Assembly (NCBI GenBank): GCA_017549145.1
Contig: JAFYVM010000034.1
Location: 3,220-67,219 of the forward strand
Direction of reading: 5' to 3'
Source: Bacteroidales bacterium
GTDB lineage: Bacteria; Bacteroidota; Bacteroidia; Bacteroidales; UBA932
Length of the DNA: 64,000 bases
Both the position numbers and the translations under genes were made by a program. Within the stretch, counting starts at the first letter, position 1. Every line of letters begins with the position of its first letter. The notes under the pieces were generated by a model. The model was not told where the DNA came from. It saw nothing but the letters and a program-made list of their open reading frames with translations, and searched no databases. Positions 18,639 through 29,254 of this stretch are shown here, piece after piece.

Positions 18639-19820
18639 TTATTTAACTGTGATTTCGATATCTGGGTTGCTCTCTGCGCCATTCCACATATTCACAACAG
18701 CAAAGTCAAGAGAGTTACCATTTTTTGGTACGCTCATAAAAATTGAAGTTGAAGGATCCAAATGTACGCGATTCGATCCTTTCTGCTGAAGAACAAATGG
18801 GATTGAAGAGATATTTGTCAACACATATTTATTACCAGAAAGCTGCTCCACCTTTACACATGCAAGGAAGATATCCTTAAGCAACTGATCTGCACCCCAA
18901 AGGTTATTGAAAGCAAGAGCAAGAGTTCTCTGTGCCTCAAGCGCTTCACGAACAGACTCCAAAGACTTATCCTTTGCAAAAACAAGGGTCATTGGTCTGT
19001 CGTTACCATATACACGATAATCAGCCGCTGTTGTAGCATGAATATCTGTATTTGCCGTAATGTACATTCCGTCCTTGACGCAACGGTCTACGATTCCAGG
19101 ATAAATCTCGTCTCCGTTCACGACCTCAACGCCGTCAACAAGACCTTCACCATAAACTTTCTTCTGCCACTCTGAATATGCCAAAGTCTTTCTTTTCCAA
19201 CCTGGGTGGTTGTGCTGAATAAGAGCATTCTGAGCCTTAGCGTTAAGAATTGACTGATATGGATCCGGATCGTAAATAAGATTATTATCTGTAGTGAAGA
19301 GAGCATTGAAATGTCCGATCTTGTCTGCATCTCTAGTGATTTCCAAACCAGGAATAACAGTAAGACCATAAGATTTAGCAAGCTTCTCCGAAATCTTAAC
19401 TGCTGTATTCAAATCCACCATGATGCCATCTTTGGTAGTACCATCAGCACCAATTTTATGATTAACTGCCTCCTTATGCTTCTTGTCTGTATATTTCTCA
19501 AGATAGTTGACAAGATCAGCCTCTACTGGTCTATATTCAACATGCTCAGTCACAGCGATGATATCCAAACCATCCTGCCATGCCTCTCTGATACGATACT
19601 TTGGAAGCACCTGGCCATCAGAATACATTGTGTGAGTATGAAGGTCAGCCTTATAAACATTAAAACCATTGACCTGAGGTATAATGATTTCCTTGCGATG
19701 TGCATCTCTCGCCTCTGACGGATGTACCATCTCAGGATTCTTTGCATCAACATAGAATGACTGTGCAGATGCCGAAACAGATGTAGCAAAAACTGCTAGA
19801 ATTATTAAAGCCTTTTTCAT
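18639..19820 (-). CDS. Exported PHP-domain phosphoesterase
   Basis: Signal peptide; DLHTHT..SDG, TEH, GHFNALF, HNHP, NTDIH metal ligands. Confidence 0.85.
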   Translation of the reverse strand: MKKALIILAVFATSVSASAQSFYVDAKNPEMVHPSEARDAHRKEIIIPQVNGFNVYKADLHTHTMYSDGQVLPKYRIREAWQDGLDIIAVTEHVEYRPVEADLVNYLEKYTDKKHKEAVNHKIGADGTTKDGIMVDLNTAVKISEKLAKSYGLTVIPGLEITRDADKIGHFNALFTTDNNLIYDPDPYQSILNAKAQNALIQHNHPGWKRKTLAYSEWQKKVYGEGLVDGVEVVNGDEIYPGIVDRCVKDGMYITANTDIHATTAADYRVYGNDRPMTLVFAKDKSLESVREALEAQRTLALAFNNLWGADQLLKDIFLACVKVEQLSGNKYVLTNISSIPFVLQQKGSNRVHLDPSTSIFMSVPKNGNSLDFAVVNMWNGAESNPDIEITVK

Positions 19821-19841
19821 TTTGTTTATTGTTTTGTTGTG

Positions 19842-22514
19842 TTAAATTCCTAATTGTTCCTTCATTGAACGAAGCAGATCGAAAGCCTGAAGCGGAGTCA
19901 TGTTATTAAGATCCGCATTATCAAGCTCCTCCTTGAGCGACGCCAAAAGAGGATCTTCCAGCTGGAAGAATGAAAGCTGCAATGAGCCATCGCTTTCTAC
20001 GCGACCTTCCTTTATGTTATGTGGTTTGATAGTGTTCTTTTTCTTTGAAAGAGATCCTTCGCTTCGCTCAGGATGACAAGGAGAAGAATAGCTATGGTCA
20101 CCTCTTTCAAGAGCTGCTAGTGTTTTCTCAGCAGACTCGAGCACCTGCTTTGGCATTCCAGCCATACGAGCAACATGAAGACCGAAGCTATGGGCCACAC
20201 CTCCCTCCTTGAGCTTGCGAAGGAAGATTACATTCTTTCCTACCTCCTTCACTGCAATATGGAAGTTCTTCACGCGACCATAGATCTCCTCAAGATCATT
20301 CAATTCATGATAGTGGGTAGCGAAAAGCGTCTTGGCGCCATCTCCATATTCATGGATGAACTCTACAATCGCACGGGCAATTGACATACCATCATATGTT
20401 GAGGTTCCTCTTCCGATCTCATCCAAAAGCACAAGTGAGCGAGATGAAAGATTATGAAGAATCATTGAAGTTTCCAACATCTCCACCATGAAGGTTGACT
20501 CTCCACGTGAGATATTATCTGAAGCACCTACGCGGGTGAATATCTTATCGCAGTAACCGATGGTAGCTGCTGATGCCGGAACAAATGAACCAACCTGAGC
20601 CATAAGCACGATGAGTGCTGTCTGACGAAGGAGCGCTGACTTACCGGCCATATTCGGACCAGTAAGGATGATAACCTGCTGCTTCTCATTATCCAGATAG
20701 ATATCGTTCGGCACGAACTCCTCTCCAGCCTGCATCATGGTTTCAATCACAGGGTGACGACCCATCTTGATGTCAATCACCTTGCTGGAATCCATCTTAG
20801 GTCGGCAATAACGATTGCTCAAAGCCAGATCTGCAAATCCGCTTAAGACGTCAAGTCTTGCAAGCAGACGGCAGTTCTTCTGGATCATTGAGATATTTGC
20901 CTGAATCTTAGCTACAAGTTCTGCATAAATCTGTACCTCAAGAGCATAGATACGCTCTTCTGCACCTAAAATCTTCTGTTCATACTCCTTGAGTTCCTCT
21001 GTAATGTATCTTTCTGCATTGACAAGAGTCTGCTTTCTGATCCACTCTTCAGGAACACTTTCCTTGTGTGTATTACGCACCTCAAGATAGTATCCAAATA
21101 CATTATTGAAACCTATCTTGAGTGAGGAAATTCCTGTACGCTCGATTTCGCGCTGCTGCACCTCGAGAAGATAGTCTTTGCCATGACGAGCAATCTTGCG
21201 AAGCTCATCCAACTCCTCATTTACTCCTGGGGCTATAACATCACCCTTTCCAAGCTGGGAGGCTGTCTCCGGGTGCATGGTCTTGCCCAAATACTCCAAG
21301 AGCTGAGCACAATCGCCCATCTTTCCAATGAGTTCATCCAAGGCAGCAACCCCCTTAGCACCACAAAGCTGCATGATAGGGGCAGTCTGACTCAATCCGC
21401 GACGAAGCTGCATTACCTCACGAGGCATAATCTTACCTGCTGCAGCACGGGAAATGATTCGCTCAAGATCTCCGACCTCTCCAATCATTGACTGAAGCTC
21501 AGCGAGATCTTCTCTATTGTCAATAAAATGCTGAACAACTGCGTATCGGCTCTCCAACTCCTGCAGGTCCATAACCGGCATTGCCAACCATGTTCTGAGC
21601 AGTCGTGCACCCATTGGTGACGAACATTTATCCATCACATCCACGAGTGATGTACCTTCCTTTCCGGCTGTTGAGGCAAAGATTTCGAGATTTCTGAATG
21701 TAAATCTATCCATCCACACGAACGCTCCCTCATCGATACGGGAAATCGAGCAGATATTGGTAAGTTCCTTATGCTGAGTCTGTTCGAGGTAAATCAAGAG
21801 AGCACCAGCAGAAGTGATTCCAAGAGGGAAACTATCAATAGCATAACCCTTCAAAGAGTCCACCTGCAACTGTCTCTTCAACTTTTCAACAGAGCTTTCA
21901 TAAACAAAAGCCCATTCTTCGAGAGTGGAAATATAGTAATGGTCTCCGTAGCGCTCCTTTGTTCCCTTTTCATATCCGCGGGGAACGAGAAGCTCCTTTG
22001 GAGCGAAGGATGCGAGCAATGTTCCGATGTAATCCAATGAACCTTCTGCCACCTGGAATGTTCCTGTAGAGACATCCAGGAACGCAGCACCGCACTTATC
22101 CTTAAAGAAGGTCAGACCTGCGATGTAGTTGTGCTCTTTCTGCTCAAGAAGCTGATCGCTGAATGCAACACCTGGAGTAACCAATTCGGTGATTCCTCTC
22201 TTTACAACTCCCTTCGCCAGCTTCGGATCCTCCAATTGATCGCACACTGCCACCTTGTAGCCAGAGCGCACTAGTCGAGGAAGGTATGTTTCAAGGGAGT
22301 GGTGCGGAAATCCAGCCATTGGAATCGCACCTGGGGTGGCACTTGAACGCTTTGTAAGCACGATACCGAGTACCTTGCTGGCTATCAAAGCATCTTCGCC
22401 GTATGTTTCGTAGAAATCGCCGCACCTGAACAAAAGCACTGCTTCCGGATGTTGCGCCTTCATTGCGAAGAACTGCTTCATCATAGGTGTTTCGGTCGGT
22501 TTTTTCTCTGCCAT
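19842..22514 (-). CDS. mutS: DNA mismatch repair protein MutS
   Basis: TPMMKQF, FRCGDFYE, TGPNMAGKS, STFMVEM, DEIGRGTST, ATHYHEL. Start MAEKK lies downstream of promoter TAAATTTG (22571-22578). Confidence 0.98.
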   Translation of the reverse strand: MAEKKPTETPMMKQFFAMKAQHPEAVLLFRCGDFYETYGEDALIASKVLGIVLTKRSSATPGAIPMAGFPHHSLETYLPRLVRSGYKVAVCDQLEDPKLAKGVVKRGITELVTPGVAFSDQLLEQKEHNYIAGLTFFKDKCGAAFLDVSTGTFQVAEGSLDYIGTLLASFAPKELLVPRGYEKGTKERYGDHYYISTLEEWAFVYESSVEKLKRQLQVDSLKGYAIDSFPLGITSAGALLIYLEQTQHKELTNICSISRIDEGAFVWMDRFTFRNLEIFASTAGKEGTSLVDVMDKCSSPMGARLLRTWLAMPVMDLQELESRYAVVQHFIDNREDLAELQSMIGEVGDLERIISRAAAGKIMPREVMQLRRGLSQTAPIMQLCGAKGVAALDELIGKMGDCAQLLEYLGKTMHPETASQLGKGDVIAPGVNEELDELRKIARHGKDYLLEVQQREIERTGISSLKIGFNNVFGYYLEVRNTHKESVPEEWIRKQTLVNAERYITEELKEYEQKILGAEERIYALEVQIYAELVAKIQANISMIQKNCRLLARLDVLSGFADLALSNRYCRPKMDSSKVIDIKMGRHPVIETMMQAGEEFVPNDIYLDNEKQQVIILTGPNMAGKSALLRQTALIVLMAQVGSFVPASAATIGYCDKIFTRVGASDNISRGESTFMVEMLETSMILHNLSSRSLVLLDEIGRGTSTYDGMSIARAIVEFIHEYGDGAKTLFATHYHELNDLEEIYGRVKNFHIAVKEVGKNVIFLRKLKEGGVAHSFGLHVARMAGMPKQVLESAEKTLAALERGDHSYSSPCHPERSEGSLSKKKNTIKPHNIKEGRVESDGSLQLSFFQLEDPLLASLKEELDNADLNNMTPLQAFDLLRSMKEQLGI
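20052..20080 (+). repeat. REP-like palindromic repeat inside the mutS coding sequence
   Basis: AGATCCTTCGCTTCGCTCAGGATGACAAG, read as CHPERSEGS in the MutS frame. Confidence 0.85.
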
Positions 22515-22642
22515 ATATCTTATTTGTCGTTTACTTGTAAGCCCATCGTACGCACGTACGCGTAATCCCACAAATTTAGGCATTTTTATTCCGAAAACAA
22601 AACACTCATAGTATCAGTGAATTTGATTATCTTTGTGCGCTT

Positions 22643-23962
22643 ATGAAAAGGGTACTTATCATATCGTATTATTGGCCGCCGACAGGTGGTTCTGGCGTGC
22701 AGCGCTGGGTGAAGTTTGCAAAATACCTTCCTCTGGAAGGTTGGCAGCCGGTCATATATACTCCGGAGAACCCGGAACAGCTGGCGACAGACGAGTCTCT
22801 GGCAGCAGAAATTCCTGCAGAAGCAGAGGTGATCAAGACCCGTATTGTGGAGCCTTATGAGATCTACAAGAAGTTGCTCCGCAAGTCAGGACACAGCAAG
22901 GAAGCTGTAGAGGTGAATCCTGTCAATGCACAGAATAAGAGCTTCCTCCAGAAAGTTGCTATGTGGGTACGCGGAAACCTCTTCCGCCCGGACCCAAGAT
23001 GCCTTTGGATCGGTCCTTCTGTCCGTTTCCTGAAGAAGTATCTTAAGGAGCACCCGGTGGACTTGATTGTAAGCACCGGCCCGCCTCAATCAATGCATCT
23101 TATCGGACGCAGACTGGCACTCGCAACAGGAATTCCTTGGATTGCAGATTTCCGTGATCCATGGACTAAGATATTCTATTTCAAGCACTTGTCAATGACC
23201 AGTAGCACAGAAAGGTGGCACAAGAAAATGGAGCAGAAAGTGCTTGATGATGCTACTGTTGTTGTGGCGGTTTCTCCGCTGGTGCAGCAGGAATTCCAGA
23301 TGATGACCCAGACTCCTGTACAACTCATCACAAATGGATTTGACGAGTGTGATTTTGCTGCAGAGAAGAGTCATAAGGTTGGCGGTGACCCAGAGCAGGA
23401 ATTCTGCATCACTCACACTGGACTGTTTGCCGCAGACGGCAATCCGACCATGCTTTGGGATGTCCTTGCAGAGAAATACAACGCAAACGAGTCTTTCCGC
23501 AAAGCACTGAAAATCAAACTTATCGGAAAAACAGATGATGGCATTCTGGCTACACTTGACAAGGCAGGACTATCAGAAGCCGTAGATAATGTCGGATATC
23601 TTCCTCACTCTGAAGCTGTGGAACAGCAGCGCAATGCATCAATCCTGATTCTCCCTCTTAGAAAAGAACCGGAGTACAAGGCTGTGCTTCCGGGTAAGCT
23701 ATTTGAATATCTCGCATCGCGCAGACCAGTGCTCGGAATCGGACAGCCTGACGGAGCGATGGCTATGATTTTGAATGAGACAAAAACTGGTGTTGTGCTG
23801 GATTGGGAAGATAGAGAGGCAATAACACAGTTTATCGACTCTTGCTGGGAGAAACATCTTGCAGGAGAGTTGGCAACAGATGGGGCGGATATTTCACAAT
23901 TCACCCGTCGCAACCTTACTCGCCGAATGGCACAACTATTTGAAGAAACAATCAATTCATAA
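22643..23962 (+). CDS. Glycosyltransferase family 4
   Basis: YYWPP.GGSGVQRW, STGPP.S.H, DFRDPW, PGKLFEYLA. Promoter TATCTTTG at 22628-22635. Confidence 0.9.
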   Translation: MKRVLIISYYWPPTGGSGVQRWVKFAKYLPLEGWQPVIYTPENPEQLATDESLAAEIPAEAEVIKTRIVEPYEIYKKLLRKSGHSKEAVEVNPVNAQNKSFLQKVAMWVRGNLFRPDPRCLWIGPSVRFLKKYLKEHPVDLIVSTGPPQSMHLIGRRLALATGIPWIADFRDPWTKIFYFKHLSMTSSTERWHKKMEQKVLDDATVVVAVSPLVQQEFQMMTQTPVQLITNGFDECDFAAEKSHKVGGDPEQEFCITHTGLFAADGNPTMLWDVLAEKYNANESFRKALKIKLIGKTDDGILATLDKAGLSEAVDNVGYLPHSEAVEQQRNASILILPLRKEPEYKAVLPGKLFEYLASRRPVLGIGQPDGAMAMILNETKTGVVLDWEDREAITQFIDSCWEKHLAGELATDGADISQFTRRNLTRRMAQLFEETINS

Positions 23963-23963
23963 T

Positions 23964-26576
23964 ATGAATAAGACAATACTGAAAAACATCGGAATATATT
24001 TGGGAATCCTCCTGCTGTTCATTGTTGCTGCATATAGCTTCACTCCGCAGGTTCTGGATGGAAAGATTGTAAACCAGAGCGATATCGCGTCGTGGAAGGG
24101 TATGGCAAACGAGGCTGTTACCCATAACGCCGCACATCCGGATGATCCTACAGCATGGACAAACTCGATGTTCGGAGGTATGCCGACTACAGCTACCATC
24201 GATGACTTCAAAGGAGACTGGACTGATGCCATCTATGACTTCCTATTGACAGGACGTAGACCTGCAAGTTACCTCCTCATTACACTAATCGGTGGATTCC
24301 TATTGATGCTGTCACTAGGAACAAGCAAGCTTATAGCTGTGGCGGGAGCAATTGCAATCGCGTTCTGCTCATATAATATGCAGATCATTCAGGTGGGACA
24401 TAACACCAAGATGCAGGCTATCGCCTACTTCCCATGGGTGCTTGCGGGAGTGATCTGGACTTATAGGATGGCTTTCAAATCCTTCACTAGTGCTCAGGAG
24501 GATAAAGGCAATTGGAAGGAATGGCTACCAAAAACTGTTTTGGGAGCAACGCTATTTGCATTTGCACTTAGTTTCCAGATTAAGGCAAACCATCCCCAGA
24601 TTACATATTATCTGGCAATTACAGTCTTTGCCTACGCAATCGGAGTCTTCGTATATCTCTGCAAAAATGCCGAAAGACGAGCTCAGTTAAAGCGTTTCTT
24701 TATCGCATCAAGCCTGCTTCTTGTGCTTGGAATAGTGGGTATGGCCACAAATGCCAATAAACTGATTCCAACAATGGAGTACTCTAAATTCACTATGAGA
24801 GGTGGTTCTGAGCTCACTTCAAACGATAAGAATCACAATGACAAAGGATTGAACCTGGAGTATGCTACAGCATGGTCGTATGGAATCAACGAGATGCCGA
24901 ACCTTCTTATTCCAAACTTCAATGGTGGTGCGTCTTCTGGTGAACTTCCGCTTGATTCAGAAACAGGTAAGCTGCTTAAAAGAGCTGGCCAGCCAAATCT
25001 CAAGCAGACAATGAAGCACCTGCCTCTTTATTGGGGACCGCAGCCATTTACAGCAGGACCTATGTATATGGGTGCAATCTCTATTTTCCTGTTTGTACTT
25101 GGATTGATCTTGTGCAAGGGTAGAGAAAAATGGTGGCTTGTTGCAGCAACAGTAATATCAGTATTCCTGGCATGGGGAAATCACTTCATGTGGTTTACAA
25201 GACTATGGTTTGATTATGCCCCTATGTACAATAAATTCAGAACCGTATCAATGGCTCTGATTGTACTCCAGGTAACACTTCCAATGCTTGGATTCTATGT
25301 TCTCGACAGAATTCTTAAGGCAAAATACGAGACAAAGAGACTTACCAAAGCTGGCTTTATTGCCTTTGGAATCACTGCAGGATTCTGCCTTCTCTGCGTG
25401 TTGATGCCAGGTATCGCAGGAACATTCACAGGTAGCAGCGATGCTGGTATGAACGAGGTTATCGTAGATGCTCTTGTCGCAGACCGAGCAACTCTTTTGA
25501 AGAAGGATGCAATCAGATCAATCTTCTTTATCTCATGCGTTTTTGCTCTTATTCTTTGGGCATTCAGAAAAGGAAAGAATGAAGAAGCCAAGGGATTTGG
25601 AAACAAAACGACTATTGTCGCAGCGGCAGTCATTGTGCTTGTATGGATTGACCTTGCCGGAGTAGGTAAGAGATATCTTAATAAAGAACACTTTGTGACT
25701 CCTAAGGATTTCTCGGCTCATTATGAGCCACGCGTTGTTGATGAAATCATTCATCAGGATGAAGATCCGAACTACAGAGTTCTTGATCTTAGTGTAAATA
25801 CATTCAACGATGCTATCCAGAGCTACCATCACAAGTGCATCGGAGGATATAGCCCAGTAAAGCTCCAGAGATATCAGGATCTTATTGACAGATATATTGC
25901 GCCAGAAATCCGCGAATTCTATGGCGCTGCATCAGAGGCAGAGACAATCAGCGATATCGAAAATACCCTTCCTGAGCTCAAGGTTGTCTCAATGCTTAAT
26001 GGCAAATACATAATCGTTGACCCTGGCTGCTCACCAGTTCAGAATCAATTTGCTTATGGCAACTGCTGGTTCGTGGACAACTACGTTCCTGCTGCAAATC
26101 CAAACGAAGAAATCGACCAGCTCGCGTGGACAGATCTTCACACCACTGCGATTATCGGCAAAGACTTTGAGTGGGCCAGGAGATTCTTCGCTGACGCTCA
26201 GAATGACAACGCCGCTCAGAATGACAACGCCGCTCAGAATGACACTATCTTCCTGACTCACTATGCTCCAAATGAACTTAGGTACGCATTTAAGACTAGC
26301 AGAGAACGCGCTGCCATATTCAGCGAAATCTACTATCCTAAAGGTTGGAAGGCATATATTGCAGCCACAGGAGAGCCTGTTGAGCTCTTCCGCGCAAACT
26401 GGATGCTACGCGGAGCGCTAATCCCTGAGGGAGAGGGCGAACTTGTAATGAGATTTGAGCCTGAGTCTTACGCTATAGGAGCAAATATTTCTCGCGCCAG
26501 CTCAATCCTTTTGATTCTATTGCTCATTGCCTCTGTCGCAGGTGTTGCTATCCTCGAAAGGAAGCAGCAGAATTAA
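23964..26576 (+). CDS. YfhO family polytopic membrane protein (GT-C-like)
   Basis: WTNSMFGGMP, GHNTK, NHPQITYY, YWGPQPFT.GP.Y, FSEIYYPKGW; many transmembrane segments; start at ATG 23964. Confidence 0.87.
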   Translation: MNKTILKNIGIYLGILLLFIVAAYSFTPQVLDGKIVNQSDIASWKGMANEAVTHNAAHPDDPTAWTNSMFGGMPTTATIDDFKGDWTDAIYDFLLTGRRPASYLLITLIGGFLLMLSLGTSKLIAVAGAIAIAFCSYNMQIIQVGHNTKMQAIAYFPWVLAGVIWTYRMAFKSFTSAQEDKGNWKEWLPKTVLGATLFAFALSFQIKANHPQITYYLAITVFAYAIGVFVYLCKNAERRAQLKRFFIASSLLLVLGIVGMATNANKLIPTMEYSKFTMRGGSELTSNDKNHNDKGLNLEYATAWSYGINEMPNLLIPNFNGGASSGELPLDSETGKLLKRAGQPNLKQTMKHLPLYWGPQPFTAGPMYMGAISIFLFVLGLILCKGREKWWLVAATVISVFLAWGNHFMWFTRLWFDYAPMYNKFRTVSMALIVLQVTLPMLGFYVLDRILKAKYETKRLTKAGFIAFGITAGFCLLCVLMPGIAGTFTGSSDAGMNEVIVDALVADRATLLKKDAIRSIFFISCVFALILWAFRKGKNEEAKGFGNKTTIVAAAVIVLVWIDLAGVGKRYLNKEHFVTPKDFSAHYEPRVVDEIIHQDEDPNYRVLDLSVNTFNDAIQSYHHKCIGGYSPVKLQRYQDLIDRYIAPEIREFYGAASEAETISDIENTLPELKVVSMLNGKYIIVDPGCSPVQNQFAYGNCWFVDNYVPAANPNEEIDQLAWTDLHTTAIIGKDFEWARRFFADAQNDNAAQNDNAAQNDTIFLTHYAPNELRYAFKTSRERAAIFSEIYYPKGWKAYIAATGEPVELFRANWMLRGALIPEGEGELVMRFEPESYAIGANISRASSILLILLLIASVAGVAILERKQQN
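26181..26244 (+). repeat. REP-like repeat with an 18-bp tandem amplification inside the YfhO-like gene
   Basis: AGATTCTTCGCTGACGCTCAGAATGACAAC, with CGCTCAGAATGACAACGC present about 3 times, encoding AQNDNA repeats. Confidence 0.8.
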
Positions 26577-27919
26577 GCAATCAGACCAGAAATAAAGATT
26601 GAAAGCACAGCAAGCGGCGCAATGTAACGGATCAGGAACCAAAGGACTCCAAAGATCTTTGCATTGCGCGAGAGCGTACCTCCGTTTGTGAATTCATCGT
26701 AGACATCTGTCTTCTTCAGGCGCCAGCCCACGAAGATGACAGTGAGAAGACTGCCTAGAGTCATCAGGATATTCGAAGTCAGGTTATCAAAGAAATCAAA
26801 GAGATTTCCTCCACCAATCTGAATATTCGAGAGGGGGCCAAAGGACAATGAGCAAACGGCTCCAACAATCCAACAGAGGACAAAAAGCACAACACAAGCA
26901 CTTACACGAGAGAATTTCTTTTCCTCAACGAGATATGCCACAGCTACCTCAAGCATCGAAATCGAAGATGTCAAAGCCGCGACAAGAAGAGCAAGGAAGA
27001 AAAGAATAGCAATAACTCCACCTGCTGGCATCTGACCGAAAACATAAGGAAGAGTCTCGAAAACAAGGCCAGGACCAGACTGAGGATTTATACCGAAAGC
27101 AAAGACGGCTGGCATAATTGCAGTTCCTGCAATCAAAGCAAACATAAGATCTGAAACCGCAGTCGCAGTACTCTGGAACATCATATTATCTTTCTTGCTC
27201 ACATAAGAAGCATACGTCATGATTGTTCCGAATCCAAGCGAGAGGGAGAAAAATGCCTGACCTAAGGCTGATGCTACAGACTTACCTGTAAGCTTAGAAA
27301 AATCAGGAGAGAAAAGATATTCTAGACCAGCCTTCGCACCAGGAAGAGTCAACGAATAAACAGCTATAACCAGCACAATAAGGAACAACAATGGCATCAT
27401 GACCTTGCTGAACTTCTCGATACCGTCCTTAATTCCAATCACGACAATCAGTGTTGTAGCAAGAAGGAATGCCGTGTGAGCAGCAAGTGGTCCCCATGTA
27501 GAAGAAACGAAGCCTGTAAACATCGTGCTGAATGCACTTTGAGATTCTCCTCCAGTAAAAGAAAAGGTCAAAGCTTTTAAGAGATAATCAACTGACCAAC
27601 CACCTATTACACTATAATACGATAGTACAATCAAAGGGACGATAATGGTAAACAGACCTACCCATCTCCATGCAGAGCCCTCCGAAAGATCACGGAAAGC
27701 CGCAAATGCATTCTTCTGACTCCTTCTGCCGATTACAAATTCAGAAATGAAAATCGGAAGGCAAATCAAGAAGCAGAGGATGATATAAACAATTATAAAT
27801 GCTGCTCCACCGTTCTCTCCGACAAGATACGGGAAACGCCATAGGTTACCCAAGCCGACAGCCGAACCTGCCATTGCCACAAGGGCACCAAATCTACTAC
27901 CAAAACCGTCTCTTTTCAT
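26573..27919 (-). CDS. Sodium-dependent transporter (NSS/SNF family)
   Basis: AGSAVGLGNLWRFPY..GENGG.AF, GQAFFSLSLG, TSSISMLE. Confidence 0.94.
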   Translation of the reverse strand: MKRDGFGSRFGALVAMAGSAVGLGNLWRFPYLVGENGGAAFIIVYIILCFLICLPIFISEFVIGRRSQKNAFAAFRDLSEGSAWRWVGLFTIIVPLIVLSYYSVIGGWSVDYLLKALTFSFTGGESQSAFSTMFTGFVSSTWGPLAAHTAFLLATTLIVVIGIKDGIEKFSKVMMPLLFLIVLVIAVYSLTLPGAKAGLEYLFSPDFSKLTGKSVASALGQAFFSLSLGFGTIMTYASYVSKKDNMMFQSTATAVSDLMFALIAGTAIMPAVFAFGINPQSGPGLVFETLPYVFGQMPAGGVIAILFFLALLVAALTSSISMLEVAVAYLVEEKKFSRVSACVVLFVLCWIVGAVCSLSFGPLSNIQIGGGNLFDFFDNLTSNILMTLGSLLTVIFVGWRLKKTDVYDEFTNGGTLSRNAKIFGVLWFLIRYIAPLAVLSIFISGLIA

Positions 27920-27936
27920 ACTACACCACGAATCAA

Positions 27937-28425
27937 TTATCTAACATATTCCACAAATTCGAAAGAGTAACCAGTCTCCTCGTCTATATATTGTTCCGAG
28001 CGACTGTCCTCCTTCCATAGCTGTGGATCTATTTCAGGGAAAAACGTATCCGCGTTCTCAATAACAGTATGCACATGTGTCACAATAAGCCTGTCAGCAA
28101 GTTCTAACGCCTGAGCGTAAATCTGTCCACCACCTATCACGAAGCACCTTTCTGACTGCTGCTCGGCAGCCTTTTCAAAAGCCTCTGCCAACGAACCGGC
28201 AAGCAGGGTTCCTTCTGGAGCTTCAGAGCCACGAGATACTACAATATTTGTCCTCTTCGGAAGAGGTCGACCGATAGACTCAAACGTCTTTCGTCCCATT
28301 ATAACCGGATGACCAGACGTTGTCCTTCTAAAGAATTTCAAGTCCTCGGAAATATGCCATAGGAGCGCGTTATCACGACCTATGGCACTATTATCTGAAA
28401 TTGCTACGATTATGCACTTTTCCAT
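27937..28425 (-). CDS. folA: Dihydrofolate reductase
   Basis: IG.DN.L.WH..EDLKFF, MGRKTFESIGRPLPKR, IGGGQIY, DTFFP. Confidence 0.96.
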   Translation of the reverse strand: MEKCIIVAISDNSAIGRDNALLWHISEDLKFFRRTTSGHPVIMGRKTFESIGRPLPKRTNIVVSRGSEAPEGTLLAGSLAEAFEKAAEQQSERCFVIGGGQIYAQALELADRLIVTHVHTVIENADTFFPEIDPQLWKEDSRSEQYIDEETGYSFEFVEYVR

Positions 28426-28432
28426 AATTTCC

Positions 28433-29227
28433 CTATACTGCTACAACACCTGCAATGTGCGGATGCGGATCATAGTCCACCAACTCAAAGTCCTCAAACT
28501 TAAAGTCGAAAATGCTCTTGACTTCCGGATTGATCTTCATCTTAGGAAGCTTGCGTGGTTCACGTGTAAGCTGAAGGGCAACCTGCTCGAAATGGTTGGT
28601 ATAAATATGAGTATCACCTGTTGTGTGAACAAACTCACCTGGCTGAAGACCGCAGACCTGAGCAATCATCATTGTCAGAAGAGCATAGGAAGCAATATTG
28701 AAAGGCACTCCTAGGAACACATCTGCACTGCGCTGATAAAGCTGACAAGAGAGTTTTCCGTCTGCCACATAGAACTGGAAGAGTGAATGACAAGGCGGAA
28801 GAGCCATCTTGTCAACCTCTGCTACATTCCATGCAGACACAATCATTCTACGCGAATCAGGACTATTCTTTATCTGATTGATGACATTTGAAAGCTGATC
28901 GATAGTGCCGCCATCAGGAGTTGGCCAGCTTCTCCACTGATGACCATAAACAGGGCCCAAGTCGCCATTCTCATCTGCCCACTCATTCCAGATTCTTACG
29001 CCATGGTCCTGAAGATACTTGACATTAGTATCTCCCGCGATGAACCAAAGCAACTCATAGATGATGGACTTCAAGTGAAGTTTCTTTGTTGTGAGGAGAG
29101 GGAATCCTTCACTCAGATCATAACGCGCCTGATAACCGAACACGCTCTGTGTTCCAGTTCCTGTGCGATCACTTTTCATAGTTCCGTTTTCACGGATATG
29201 TTTCAAAAGGTCTAAATACTGTTTCAT
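28433..29227 (-). CDS. thyA: Thymidylate synthase
   Basis: [37 protein letters not shown]. Confidence 0.98.
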   Translation of the reverse strand: MKQYLDLLKHIRENGTMKSDRTGTGTQSVFGYQARYDLSEGFPLLTTKKLHLKSIIYELLWFIAGDTNVKYLQDHGVRIWNEWADENGDLGPVYGHQWRSWPTPDGGTIDQLSNVINQIKNSPDSRRMIVSAWNVAEVDKMALPPCHSLFQFYVADGKLSCQLYQRSADVFLGVPFNIASYALLTMMIAQVCGLQPGEFVHTTGDTHIYTNHFEQVALQLTREPRKLPKMKINPEVKSIFDFKFEDFELVDYDPHPHIAGVVAV

Positions 29228-29254
29228 CTCAAAACTCCCTTGTAAATGGAATTA

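Noticed and set aside
26195-26244. 18-bp direct repeats as a possible CRISPR array
   Set aside because: Head-to-tail repeats with no spacers, in frame inside a CDS, and no cas genes.
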